38,475 bases of DNA, taken from positions 1 through 38,475 of the forward strand of contig JBDTTZ010000492.1 of assembly GCA_040008015.1 (NCBI GenBank), written 5' to 3'. The position numbers and the translations under genes were made by a program. Source of the stretch: Gemmatimonadota bacterium (lineage in GTDB: Bacteria; Gemmatimonadota; Gemmatimonadetes; Gemmatimonadales; GWC2-71-9). Positions within the stretch are counted from its first letter, which is position 1, and each line of letters starts with the position of its first letter. The notes beneath the pieces were generated by a model, which was given only the letters and a program-made list of their open reading frames with translations, made no database searches and was not told where the DNA came from. Of the stretch, positions 25,974-34,686 are shown one piece after another.

Positions 25974-26134
25974 GGCAGCATAAAGATGCTGGAGTGAAGG
26001 GGTTGGTTGCAGGGGCAGGCCCTTGCGCGGGCCCAGGAACCCCGGAAGTCGATTTGACCGGTTGGGATTGATAATTTCTTACGTGTCAATGCCTTACGCT
26101 GTTGACTCACGCCGGTTTCGCCCCGAATTCAGCC

Positions 26135-26166
26135 AAAAAAGAACGGAGGGCCGGCTGGCCCTCCGT
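26135..26166 (-). terminator. Rho-independent terminator downstream of the S8 peptidase gene
   Basis: On the minus strand: AACGGAGGGCC-AGCC-GGCCCTCCGTT (11-bp perfect stem) followed by CTTTTTTGG. It lies 38 nt after the stop codon. Confidence 0.85.
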
Positions 26167-26203
26167 TAAGGGGCGGCCCGAAGGCCGGTTCCCGCGACCT
26201 GGC

Positions 26204-27595
26204 TCAGTGGTTGTGGCAGGCCGCCGCACGCAACACGTTCAACCGTCCCCGCCCGAAGACCGACGAGGGACCCACGTTGTCAGCATTCTTGGTCAGGCAG
26301 GTTCTCACCACGGACGGCAGTATGCGGCCACCGCCCATCTGCGACTCGACCACCGCGGCCGCGCCGGCCACCATGGGCGACGCGAAGCTGGTGCCCGCGC
26401 CGAACAGGTAGCTCACCCCGCCGCTGCAGTTGAAGGGGGGAGGAGTAAAGCGACTGCAGGCGGAGAGCACCAGGTCCTGGGTGAGACCGCCGGCGACAAG
26501 GTCGCCGCCTGGGGCCACCATCGCAATGCCGGTCTGGCCGCCATAGTTGGAGTAGCTGGCGAGCAGGTCAAAGTTCATCTGGGCGATCGGGGCGGTGGCT
26601 CCTACGCTCAGCACGCCTGGCAGCTGGGCGGGAATCGACCGAAGCTGGGGCTCATCGGTATCGAGATTGATTCCGAGATTGCCCGAGGAAGCGACGACGA
26701 GCACCCGCTCCGAGTTGGCGAAGTTGATGGCATGCTGCAGCGCCTCGATCAGGCCGGCCACACCGGGCGCCTTGGTATTCACGTAGGCGCCGAGGCTCAT
26801 ATTGATGACATCAGCCTTCACGATCGAGGCGAAGATGATGCCGTTAATGATGTCGCCGAAGCTTCCGGAGCCCGAGGCGCCCAGCACTTTCACGGCGCAC
26901 AGCCGGGTGTCCGGTGCCGTCGAGGCCATGCCGATCCCCCGGCTGCTGATGAGGCCCGACACGAAGGTCCCGTGAAGATTCAGGTCTTCAATGAACGGCT
27001 CTGCCGCGACCATCGACGCACTCCGGGAAAGATCCACCTTCCCGATCAGGTCGAGCTGGCCCGGGTCAACCCCGGTATCCAGCACGCAGACCAGCCTTCC
27101 GGCGCCACCGGGAGTCGTCCCCCAGGCGGCATCGGCCTGGGTCACCCGCATGTTCCACTGGTAGCCGAAGAAAGCCGCGCCGCTCTGGTTGGTGCCGTTC
27201 GGCGTGGGGCCCGGGTTGCTCAGCTGCTGCAGGCCGGAAAACATCTGCGACGCGGGAGGAATCCACTGGACCGATAGGTCCTGGGTTACCGAGGTGACGT
27301 TGGGAGCCTTCTTGAGGCTCGCCAGCTGGGCGCTGCTGGGATTGCGCACGATGGCAAGCCCGGCGAGCGCGTTGTTCTGCTCGATCTGGAGGCCCGGGGT
27401 AGCGGCCAGCCCCGACCCGGGTTTCAACACGACGATGTAACGCCCGGGAACCGCGGTCAACGGTGCTCCACCCGTTGCGACCGCCTGATCGGGTCGCATC
27501 GAGGTCGGGCCGGTGCTGTCTTCTTCGCGTCCGCACGCGGCAACGACCAGCACCGCGGCGATGGTCGCCGCACTGAGAACGGAAACTCTGGCCAT
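26204..27595 (-). CDS. S8 family (subtilisin-like) serine peptidase lipoprotein
   Basis: ATG 27595 gives MARVSVLSAATIAAVLVVAAC (lipobox). Catalytic triad contexts are VLDTGVD, HGTFVSG and GTSFASPMVAG. The track start 27766 is rejected. Confidence 0.85.
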   Translation of the reverse strand: MARVSVLSAATIAAVLVVAACGREEDSTGPTSMRPDQAVATGGAPLTAVPGRYIVVLKPGSGLAATPGLQIEQNNALAGLAIVRNPSSAQLASLKKAPNVTSVTQDLSVQWIPPASQMFSGLQQLSNPGPTPNGTNQSGAAFFGYQWNMRVTQADAAWGTTPGGAGRLVCVLDTGVDPGQLDLIGKVDLSRSASMVAAEPFIEDLNLHGTFVSGLISSRGIGMASTAPDTRLCAVKVLGASGSGSFGDIINGIIFASIVKADVINMSLGAYVNTKAPGVAGLIEALQHAINFANSERVLVVASSGNLGINLDTDEPQLRSIPAQLPGVLSVGATAPIAQMNFDLLASYSNYGGQTGIAMVAPGGDLVAGGLTQDLVLSACSRFTPPPFNCSGGVSYLFGAGTSFASPMVAGAAAVVESQMGGGRILPSVVRTCLTKNADNVGPSSVFGRGRLNVLRAAACHNH

Positions 27596-27753
27596 GCAGG
27601 CCTCCAGCAAATTGTGGGATGTAACGGGATGGATGGTGAGCCGACCGAGTATGCGGAATCTCTTCAGTGTCGTCAAGGAGCGTCGGCGCATCGGTTGTGG
27701 CGTTGATGCGGCAGGAAATAAAATCAGAACTCGAACAAGGCTAGATTCCGCCC

Positions 27754-28869
27754 ATGGCCAATGCACCCGAAAACTGGCTCCACCACCTGGCCGACGAGGC
27801 CGACGCCTCCTTCCTCTACCGGGAGCTGGCGAAGGCCGAACCGGATGCCAATCGCGCGGGGATTTACCTCAAGCTGGCGGATGTCGAGGACCGGCACGTG
27901 GAGATGTGGGCTCACCTGCTCCGCCAAAACGGGCACCAGGTACCGTCTCACAGCCCCTCGTTTCGCGCCCGGCTCACGATCTGGGTGGCCCGCCGCTTCG
28001 GAGTGAAGTCGGTGCTCCCGATGTTGCTTCAGGAAGAAGGCCGGGAGGTCAAGAGCTACCTGAATCTCTACAAGGAATCACCGGAGAGCGTCGTCGCGCC
28101 CACCGCGCTTACCCTCGCCCGGGAATCGGCGGAGCATGCCGAGTCGCTGGCCGGTCTCTCCGGCGCGAGCAGCGAGCCGTGGCACAAGACCGGGGCCGGC
28201 GGGTTCCTTCGCAACGTGGTGTACGGCTTCAATGACGGGCTTACCGCGAACTTTGGCCTGGTCGCGGGCATGATCGGCGCCCAGGCAAGCTTCGGCAGCA
28301 CCGGTCACGCAGTGGTGGTGGCGGGCATCGCCGGCATGGTGGCCGATGCGCTGTCGATGGGCTCCTCGGGCTATCTCGCCGCCAAGAGCGAGCGCGAAGT
28401 GTTCGAGCACGAAATCGCAATGGAGAAGGAAGAAATCCGGCTGATGCCGGACATCGAGCGGGAGGAGCTCTCCCTGCTCTACCAGGCCAAGGGAATTCCC
28501 GAAGCACAGGCCAGCGCGCTGGCGACGCAGCTGATGACCAACCCGGAACGGGCGCTGGAAGAAAAGGTCCGGGAAGAGCTGAAGATCGGAGCGGCCAGCT
28601 CCACCCCGATGCGGGAGGGTTGGATCACCGGCATCGCGACCGCGTTCGGCGCCTTCATTCCGGTCGCTCCGTTTCTGTTCACCCGGGGCCCGGTGGCGAT
28701 CTGGTCCGGTTTCGCGATCGCCATGCTTTCTCACTTCGGGGTCGGGGCGGCCCGGAGTTTCTTCACCGGGCGGGGAATCTTCCGGAGCGGGATGGATATG
28801 TTCCTGGTGGGCCTGGGAGTTGCTGGTGTGGGGTATGTCGTTGGAGAATGGCTGGTTAAACTCCTTTGA
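27754..28869 (+). CDS. VIT1/CCC1-family iron/manganese transporter with N-terminal ferritin-like domain
   Basis: N-terminal ferritin/rubrerythrin-like helices (ASFLYRELA...EDRHVEMW). C-terminal VIT1 membrane domain (VYGFNDGLTANFGLVAG...). Confidence 0.8.
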   Translation: MANAPENWLHHLADEADASFLYRELAKAEPDANRAGIYLKLADVEDRHVEMWAHLLRQNGHQVPSHSPSFRARLTIWVARRFGVKSVLPMLLQEEGREVKSYLNLYKESPESVVAPTALTLARESAEHAESLAGLSGASSEPWHKTGAGGFLRNVVYGFNDGLTANFGLVAGMIGAQASFGSTGHAVVVAGIAGMVADALSMGSSGYLAAKSEREVFEHEIAMEKEEIRLMPDIEREELSLLYQAKGIPEAQASALATQLMTNPERALEEKVREELKIGAASSTPMREGWITGIATAFGAFIPVAPFLFTRGPVAIWSGFAIAMLSHFGVGAARSFFTGRGIFRSGMDMFLVGLGVAGVGYVVGEWLVKLL

Positions 28870-29011
28870 ATTGGCGCTCCGGCCGGGTGTGAGGCGTCCC
28901 CGGCCCGAACATTTCCCAATTGGACTACTCTGGGCTAATTTGGTTCCCGGACCTCCCCGCTGATAGCGGCGAAGCCCGCCCCCGAGTGCCCGTTGTCGGA
29001 TCGAGATCATC

Positions 29012-30145
29012 ATGAACCTGCGGATTCCTGCTGTTGTTTTTCTTGTCCTCCTCGCCGCCTGCCGGGAGTACTCCGGGCCGACGGCCCGGGAGCCGGAATC
29101 GTTCCTCGGCCGCAATCCCGCGGCGACGTTCAACATCATTGACCTGGGCAGCCTGGGCGGGGATTCCAGTGTAGCCTATGGCCTGCTCGGCACCGACCAG
29201 GTCGTGGGAGTAAGCCGGACTGGCACCGGCGACATGCACGGCTTCTACTGGACCCGGTCCAGCCAGACCATGAAGGACCTCGGCACCCTGGGCGGCAACT
29301 TCAGCGTGGCCTATGATCTCAACGGCCTGACCCAGATCATCGGGCAGAGCACCACCGCCAGCGGTGAGTTCCATGCCTTCATCACCACGCCATTTCAGGG
29401 CATGATCGACCTTGGCACCCTCGGCGGGGATTACTCCATCGCCCTCGGGATCAACCAGTTCACCGAAGTCGTCGGACTGAGCAAAGTCGCCTCCGGGGAA
29501 ATGCATGCCTTCAAGTGGTCGCAGTCCACCGGAATGGTGGATTTGGGTATTGGCAGCAGTTACAGCGTGGGATACGCGGTCGATCCTTTCGGCACCACCA
29601 TTGGATATTCGCGGACTCCAGCGGGAACGCTTCACGCCTACCGGCTCACCAAGGCCGGGGCGATGACCGACCTCGGAGTGCTTCCCGGCGGACAGGAGAG
29701 CTGGGCTGAAGATGCCAACACGCTGGGCAACCAGATGACCGGCCCGACCGGCCCGGCATTTGTGACCGGTTACAGCCAGGTGCGCATTCCGGATCCGGCA
29801 CCCTCGGGGCCGGCGCGCTCGAGCATGTGGATCGTGATCCATGCCTTCCGATGGACCCCGACCGAAGGCATGGTTGACCTGGGCGCCGGCGGCGGGCTGC
29901 ACAGCTTCGGGTTCGGAGTCAACGAATTCGGCGACGTGGTGGGCCAGATCGTCAACATCCAGGGCGAGGACCGCGCCTTCTACTGGACGGAGAACAGCGG
30001 GTTCTACAACCTGGGGACCCTGGGCGGGCCGACCAGCTTCGCGAACGCGGTCACCAAGTGCGGCAATACCGTTGGTGGATCAGAGGACGCTGCCGGCAAG
30101 ATGCACGCGGTGCTGTGGAGCCATACCTGCCCCAGGGTGCCGTAA
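29012..30145 (+). CDS. HAF-family extracellular repeat lipoprotein
   Basis: Lipobox VLLAAC. Repeated DLG(S/T)LGG...S.A.G.N..G.VVG......HAF.W units. Confidence 0.8.
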   Translation: MNLRIPAVVFLVLLAACREYSGPTAREPESFLGRNPAATFNIIDLGSLGGDSSVAYGLLGTDQVVGVSRTGTGDMHGFYWTRSSQTMKDLGTLGGNFSVAYDLNGLTQIIGQSTTASGEFHAFITTPFQGMIDLGTLGGDYSIALGINQFTEVVGLSKVASGEMHAFKWSQSTGMVDLGIGSSYSVGYAVDPFGTTIGYSRTPAGTLHAYRLTKAGAMTDLGVLPGGQESWAEDANTLGNQMTGPTGPAFVTGYSQVRIPDPAPSGPARSSMWIVIHAFRWTPTEGMVDLGAGGGLHSFGFGVNEFGDVVGQIVNIQGEDRAFYWTENSGFYNLGTLGGPTSFANAVTKCGNTVGGSEDAAGKMHAVLWSHTCPRVP

Positions 30146-30150
30146 TACGC

Positions 30151-30174
30151 AGGAGCGCACAGCTGTGCGCCCCT
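30151..30174. repeat. Second copy of the GC-rich palindrome, AGGAGCGCAC-AGCT-GTGCGCCCCT
   Basis: 9 of 10 stem pairs. It lies between the HAF-protein stop (30145) and the leuS stop (30187) and shares GCGCAC...GTGCGCCCCT with the 23928 copy. Confidence 0.85.
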
Positions 30175-30186
30175 ACAGACCCGCCC

Positions 30187-32634
30187 CTATGTACCCACCA
30201 CGATATTGATCAGCCGGTTCGGCACGTAGATCACCTTCCGGGTCTCTTTCCCCTCGATGAACCGACGGGTCGTGGCGTCTTCGCTCGCGACCTTGAGTAC
30301 TTCCGCCTCCGGGGCATCCCGCCCCACCGTCACCTTGCTGCGAGTCCGGCCGCTCACCTGCACCACCACTTCGACGGTCTCTTCCACCAGCATCTTCGGA
30401 TCCCAGTGCGGCCAGCGGGCGTCGAATACCGACATCTGGTGACCCAGCCGTTCCCAGCATTCCTCCGAGAAATGCGGCACGATCGGCGCCAGCATCACCA
30501 CCAGGTCTTCGACGATCTGCCGCTCGGCGCAGTTCTCCTCGCGCAAGGTGTTCACCAGCTCCATCATGGCGGAGATGGCGGTGTTGTACTTGAGGTCTTC
30601 CATGTCCTGCTGGACCTTGCGCTTGGTCTGGTGCCACTTGGCCCCGACCCCGTGGGTGATCTCTCCACAGGCATCCTGGGCCATTGATTCACCGACCATT
30701 GCCCAGACCTTGTCGAGGAACCGTCGCGGGCCGCTGATCCCGGCATCCCGGAAATCGCCGCCCTCTTGAAATGGCCCCAGCGACATGAGGTACATGCGAA
30801 AGGTGTCGGCGCCCCACTTCGCGATGTAGTCATCCGGCACCACGACATTCCCCCGGGACTTGGACATCTTGGCGCCGTCCTTCACGATGGTGCCATGGGC
30901 CCGGAACCGGGTGAATGGCTCCTCGAAGTCGACCAGCCCCAGCTCGTTCAGCACCATGCAGATGAAACGCGAGTACAGGAGATGGAGGACCGCGTGCTCG
31001 TTGCCGCCGATATAGGTCGTGACCGGGAGCCACGTTCGGGTCAGCGCCGGATCAAAGGCGCGGTCCTGGAACTCGGTGCTGGTGTAGCGGAGATAGTACC
31101 AGGCCGAGTCGAGAAAAGTGTCGGAGACATCGGTCTCCCGCCGCGCCTGGGCGCCGCATACCGGGCAGGCGACGTGGTACCACTCCTTGTGCCGGGCCAG
31201 GGGAGAGATGCCGCTGTCGTCGGGACGGAAATCCTCGATTGGGGGCAGCAGCACCGGGAGATCCGATTCCGGGACCGGGACCGGGCCGCAGGCGTCGCAA
31301 TAGATCATGGGAATGGGCGGACCCCAGTAGCGCTGGCGCGAGATACACCAGTCATGGATCCGGTAGTTCACCACGCTCTGACCGATGCCGCGCTGCTCCA
31401 GCCAGGCTACGATCGCACCGAGCGCATCGCGTGACGTCATCCCGTTGAATCGGCCTGAGTTCACCATGCGCACGTCGTCCACGCCGGTGAACGCCTGGGT
31501 CACCGGGGCGTCCGGGTTCTCGCCTTCGCGGGCCAGCACCTGTACCACCGGCAGGTCAAAGGCGTGGGCGAACTCGAAATCCCGCTCGTCATGTGCCGGC
31601 ACCGCCATGATCGCGCCGGTGCCGTACTCCAGCAGCACATAGTCCGCGACCCAGACCGGGATCCGGGCACCGGTGGCCGGGTTCTCGGCAAGAGATCCGG
31701 TAAACTCTCCGGTCTTCTCCTTCACCGTCTTGCGGCTCACCAGGTCCAGTTTGGCGGTGCGCTCGAGATAGGCCGTTACCGCGGCCCGGCGATCCGGCGT
31801 GGTCAACCGCTCGACGGCCGGATGTTCCGGCGCGATCACCAGGTAGGTCGCACCGAAGATGGTGTCGGGCCGGGTGGTGAAGACTTCCAGCGGCACCCGA
31901 TCGCCGGCGCCGTCAAAGGCGTTGAAGGTGATCCGGGCCCCGTCGGAGCGGCCGATCCAGTTGCGCTGGGCCTGCCGGGTAGACTCGGACCAGTCCAGCT
32001 TCTCCAGGTTGGCAAGCAGCTTCGGCGCGTATTCCGCGATCCGGAAGAACCACTGCTCCAGCATCCGCTGCTCGACCCGGGTATCCGGGTGACGCTCGCA
32101 GAAACCGTTGATGACCTGCTCGTTGGCCAGCACGGTCTTGCATTCGGGACACCAGTTGACCGCCGCTCGTTTTTTATAGGCCTTTCCCGCCTTGTAAAGC
32201 TGGAGAAAGATCCACTGGGTCCACTTGTAGTACGCCGGGTCGGTGGTGGACAGCTCGTGGCGCCAGTCGAACATCCCGCCCATCCGGTGAAACTGGCGCC
32301 GGAAGTTGGCGATGTTGCGCGGGATCAGCTCACCGGGATGAATGCCCTGCTTGATGGCGAAATTCTCGCTGTGGATTCCGAAGGCATCGAAGCCCATGGG
32401 CTCGAAGACATCGTAACCCTGCAGCCGCTTGAAGCGCCCGAAGATGTCGCCGCCGGAAAAGGCAAACATGTTCCCCACGTGGAGACCCTCGGCGGAGGGA
32501 TAGGGGAACATCATGAGATTGTAGAACGGCCGTTTGGCCCCGTTCAGATCGGGCTCGTTGGTGTGCTGCTCGGCCCAGCGGGCCTGCCACTTGGCCTCGA
32601 TCGACTGAGGATCGTATTGCGGGGTCTCTGACAT
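30187..32634 (-). CDS. leuS: Leucine--tRNA ligase
   Basis: 815 aa. HIGH-type motif (GLHVGN), KMSKS present, full-length LeuS-like sequence. Confidence 0.95.
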   Translation of the reverse strand: MSETPQYDPQSIEAKWQARWAEQHTNEPDLNGAKRPFYNLMMFPYPSAEGLHVGNMFAFSGGDIFGRFKRLQGYDVFEPMGFDAFGIHSENFAIKQGIHPGELIPRNIANFRRQFHRMGGMFDWRHELSTTDPAYYKWTQWIFLQLYKAGKAYKKRAAVNWCPECKTVLANEQVINGFCERHPDTRVEQRMLEQWFFRIAEYAPKLLANLEKLDWSESTRQAQRNWIGRSDGARITFNAFDGAGDRVPLEVFTTRPDTIFGATYLVIAPEHPAVERLTTPDRRAAVTAYLERTAKLDLVSRKTVKEKTGEFTGSLAENPATGARIPVWVADYVLLEYGTGAIMAVPAHDERDFEFAHAFDLPVVQVLAREGENPDAPVTQAFTGVDDVRMVNSGRFNGMTSRDALGAIVAWLEQRGIGQSVVNYRIHDWCISRQRYWGPPIPMIYCDACGPVPVPESDLPVLLPPIEDFRPDDSGISPLARHKEWYHVACPVCGAQARRETDVSDTFLDSAWYYLRYTSTEFQDRAFDPALTRTWLPVTTYIGGNEHAVLHLLYSRFICMVLNELGLVDFEEPFTRFRAHGTIVKDGAKMSKSRGNVVVPDDYIAKWGADTFRMYLMSLGPFQEGGDFRDAGISGPRRFLDKVWAMVGESMAQDACGEITHGVGAKWHQTKRKVQQDMEDLKYNTAISAMMELVNTLREENCAERQIVEDLVVMLAPIVPHFSEECWERLGHQMSVFDARWPHWDPKMLVEETVEVVVQVSGRTRSKVTVGRDAPEAEVLKVASEDATTRRFIEGKETRKVIYVPNRLINIVVGT

Positions 32635-32649
32635 AGGGCTGGGAATTTA

Positions 32650-32755
32650 GACGGTAGGACGGTAAGACGGTAAGACGGTAGGACGGTAAGGCTCCGATCC
32701 ATGTCATCCGGTGTTCTTACCGCCTTACCGCCTTACCGCCCTACCGCCCTACCGC
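32650..32755. repeat. Tandem-unit hairpin element, GACGGTAR / GGCGGTAR octamer type (5 + 5 units)
   Basis: Five GACGGTAR units at 32650-32689 and five CYTACCGC units at 32716-32755. The loop is about 26 nt. It lies in the divergent leuS/MCP spacer, 16 nt upstream of the leuS start. Confidence 0.95.
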
Positions 32756-32805
32756 CCTTCTTCATAGCTTTGCTAATCCCGCCATCAGAGAGCCGCAAAC
32801 CCACC

Positions 32806-34122
32806 ATGGCCAAACAGAGCTACTCGCTCCTCCGCACGATGGGACTTTTCGCCGCCGCCGCGATCCTCACGTTCCTGGTCATTACCGTTGTGGTTCTGAG
32901 CTTCGGCCTGCATCTGACCCCCTGGCAGCTGCTGGGCCGCATCTGGCTCCAGATGCTGATCCTGGGCGCGGTCATGGCCATCCTGCTCGGATACATCGGG
33001 AACCGGATCAAGCACCGGGTGGTGGATCCACTGGTTGGTCTCGACGCGCGGGTCGGGGACGTCGCTCAGGGCAACCTTTCACAGAGTGTCACCGCGTCGT
33101 CCCGGGCGAGCGGCGAAGTACTCAAGCTGGTCGACGGCGTGAACTACATGGTGAGCGAGCTTCGGTCCCTGGTGGATTCGATTCGACATTCGGCGGGCGA
33201 TGCCGCGACGCTGGCCATGCAGATCTCCGCCTCCACCCAGCAGATGAGCGCGTCAACCGAAGAAGTGGCCGGCACCTGCGGGGACCTTACCGACCGGGCC
33301 AACAAACAGGCCGCCCTGGTCCGCGCCACCGCCCAGGACGCCGGCCGGATCCTTTCGATCGCCAAGACGCTGGCCGACGGCGCCCGGCAGGCCGCCGAGC
33401 GCAACGCCGCACTCGCCAAGGTCGCCCGGGCCCACCAGGAACAGCTCGATACCAGCTCGGTGCAGCTGAAACGGCTGACCGAGGAAATCGAGCTTGGCGC
33501 ATCCGAGGCCGAGGCGCTGGCCGCCGCCTCGGAAGAGATCGAGAAGTTCGTCACCCAGACCAAGGCGATTGCCCGGCAGACCCACATGCTGGCGCTGAAC
33601 GCCGGTATCGAGGCCGCCCGGGCCGGGGCCGAGGGACGCGGGTTTGCAGTGGTGGCGGAAGAAGTCAGGAAGCTGGCGGGACAGGCCGCACAGGCCGCGA
33701 CGACCACCAGCCAGACCGTGGACCTGGTCCAGACCCGGGTGCGCACGGCGCGGGAACGGCTGATCCGCCTTGCCCAGGGTGGCATGACCGCGCGGGACGC
33801 CGCCAATACCGCGGTCCAGGGCCTGAGCCAGGTCGCGGCCGAGGCCGAGGCTAACGACCACTGGACTCGCCAGATCTCGACCTCGGCGGGCGAGGTCCGG
33901 GAGCTGGTGGATGGTATCGCGAGCCGGATGGGCGGCGTGTCCGAGGGAACCGAAGAGTTTGCGGCGGCGGCCCAGGAGATTGCGGCATCGGCCGAGGAAT
34001 TGAGCGCCTCAACCGTGGAGATCGCCAACTCGGCGACCCAGCTGTCTGGCGCCTCTAACCGGCTGACGGTTTCGGTGAGCAAGTTCCGGCTGCAGAATGG
34101 AGGGCCGGGAAACGGCAAATAG
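32806..34122 (+). CDS. Methyl-accepting chemotaxis protein
   Basis: I chose ATG 32806 ([26 protein letters not shown]). Two TMs, a HAMP-like region and the conserved signalling hairpin [37 protein letters not shown]. The track start 32701 lies in the repeat array. Confidence 0.85.
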   Translation: MAKQSYSLLRTMGLFAAAAILTFLVITVVVLSFGLHLTPWQLLGRIWLQMLILGAVMAILLGYIGNRIKHRVVDPLVGLDARVGDVAQGNLSQSVTASSRASGEVLKLVDGVNYMVSELRSLVDSIRHSAGDAATLAMQISASTQQMSASTEEVAGTCGDLTDRANKQAALVRATAQDAGRILSIAKTLADGARQAAERNAALAKVARAHQEQLDTSSVQLKRLTEEIELGASEAEALAAASEEIEKFVTQTKAIARQTHMLALNAGIEAARAGAEGRGFAVVAEEVRKLAGQAAQAATTTSQTVDLVQTRVRTARERLIRLAQGGMTARDAANTAVQGLSQVAAEAEANDHWTRQISTSAGEVRELVDGIASRMGGVSEGTEEFAAAAQEIAASAEELSASTVEIANSATQLSGASNRLTVSVSKFRLQNGGPGNGK

Positions 34123-34616
34123 CGGCACCCGCACAAAAGGACAGCCGCCAACAGTCGAAATGGCGTCACGTGGGCGGGGGGCGCCCGGCGTTTTCGCTCA
34201 CTTCACCGACTGCAGCGGCTGTCCACCTTCTATGTTGAAGAGCCAGGCGCGGATCCAGAGAATCTTGCGGGACCCGTGGGCGCCCGGCGCCCGGCTCGTT
34301 CGGAGAATTTGCGGCGGGTCCAGAGGGAGTGCGGTGAACTACATCACATTCTGGAATCCTGGACGGCCGAATCGGGCCAACGCGAGCCCGAATCGTTGGT
34401 GGGAGAACTGCGAGGTTGTGTTGTCAGCGGAGGTAGCTGCAGGGAAAGAAGACTCTGGTAGCTGTCCGGTTCAGGAGCCGCGTCAACTCCCGGGTAACCG
34501 GATTTTCGCTTACGCGGAACGCCATCCGAGTCTCACCACCTAATGTAGGGGCGCCGCCGGTGGTGGATGTGAACCGCATCACCAAACACCCGCCATCGTA
34601 ACTCTTTCACCACTAG

Positions 34617-34686
34617 GGACTAAGCCTTTAGGACTAAGGACTAAGGACTAAGGACAGAGGACTGAGGATCGAGGACCGAGGACAGG
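34617..34686. repeat. Solo heptamer array, GGACTAA type (no inverted partner)
   Basis: GGACTAA at 34617-34623, then 8 contiguous units from 34631 to 34686 (GGACTAA x3, GGACAGA, GGACTGA, GGATCGA, GGACCGA, GGACAGG). The units degenerate toward the aminotransferase gene. Confidence 0.9.

Noticed and set aside
27596-27753. A Fur-box-like operator in the divergent S8/VIT1 promoter region.
   Set aside because: The AT-rich patch GGAAATAAAATCAGAAC does not resemble the GATAATGATAATCATTATC consensus well enough to call.
34170-34531. A minus-strand frame starting at ATG 34531 (MAFRVSENPVTRELTRLL...) that stays open for about 120 codons apart from one TGA. I considered it as a possible selenoprotein or recoded gene.
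   Set aside because: The composition after the TGA is Arg/Pro-rich junk. No SECIS-like hairpin was recognised directly downstream, and long open frames are expected by chance in GC-rich DNA.
34097-34543. The 148-aa plus-strand ORF in the MCP/aminotransferase gap.
   Set aside because: It overlaps the MCP 3' end, has an implausible composition with no motif, and no ribosome-binding site is evident.
34123-34640. tmRNA, RNase P RNA, SRP RNA or a tRNA in the unassigned gap.
   Set aside because: I found none of the hallmark strings on either strand. Those I looked for were GGAAAGTCCGG for RNase P, the tRNA-like GGGG...TTCGAATCC...CCACCA ends for tmRNA, the GGAAGCAG-type SRP domain IV, and a tRNA T-loop GGTTCGA. 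This was by eye only, so a covariance-model scan is still needed.
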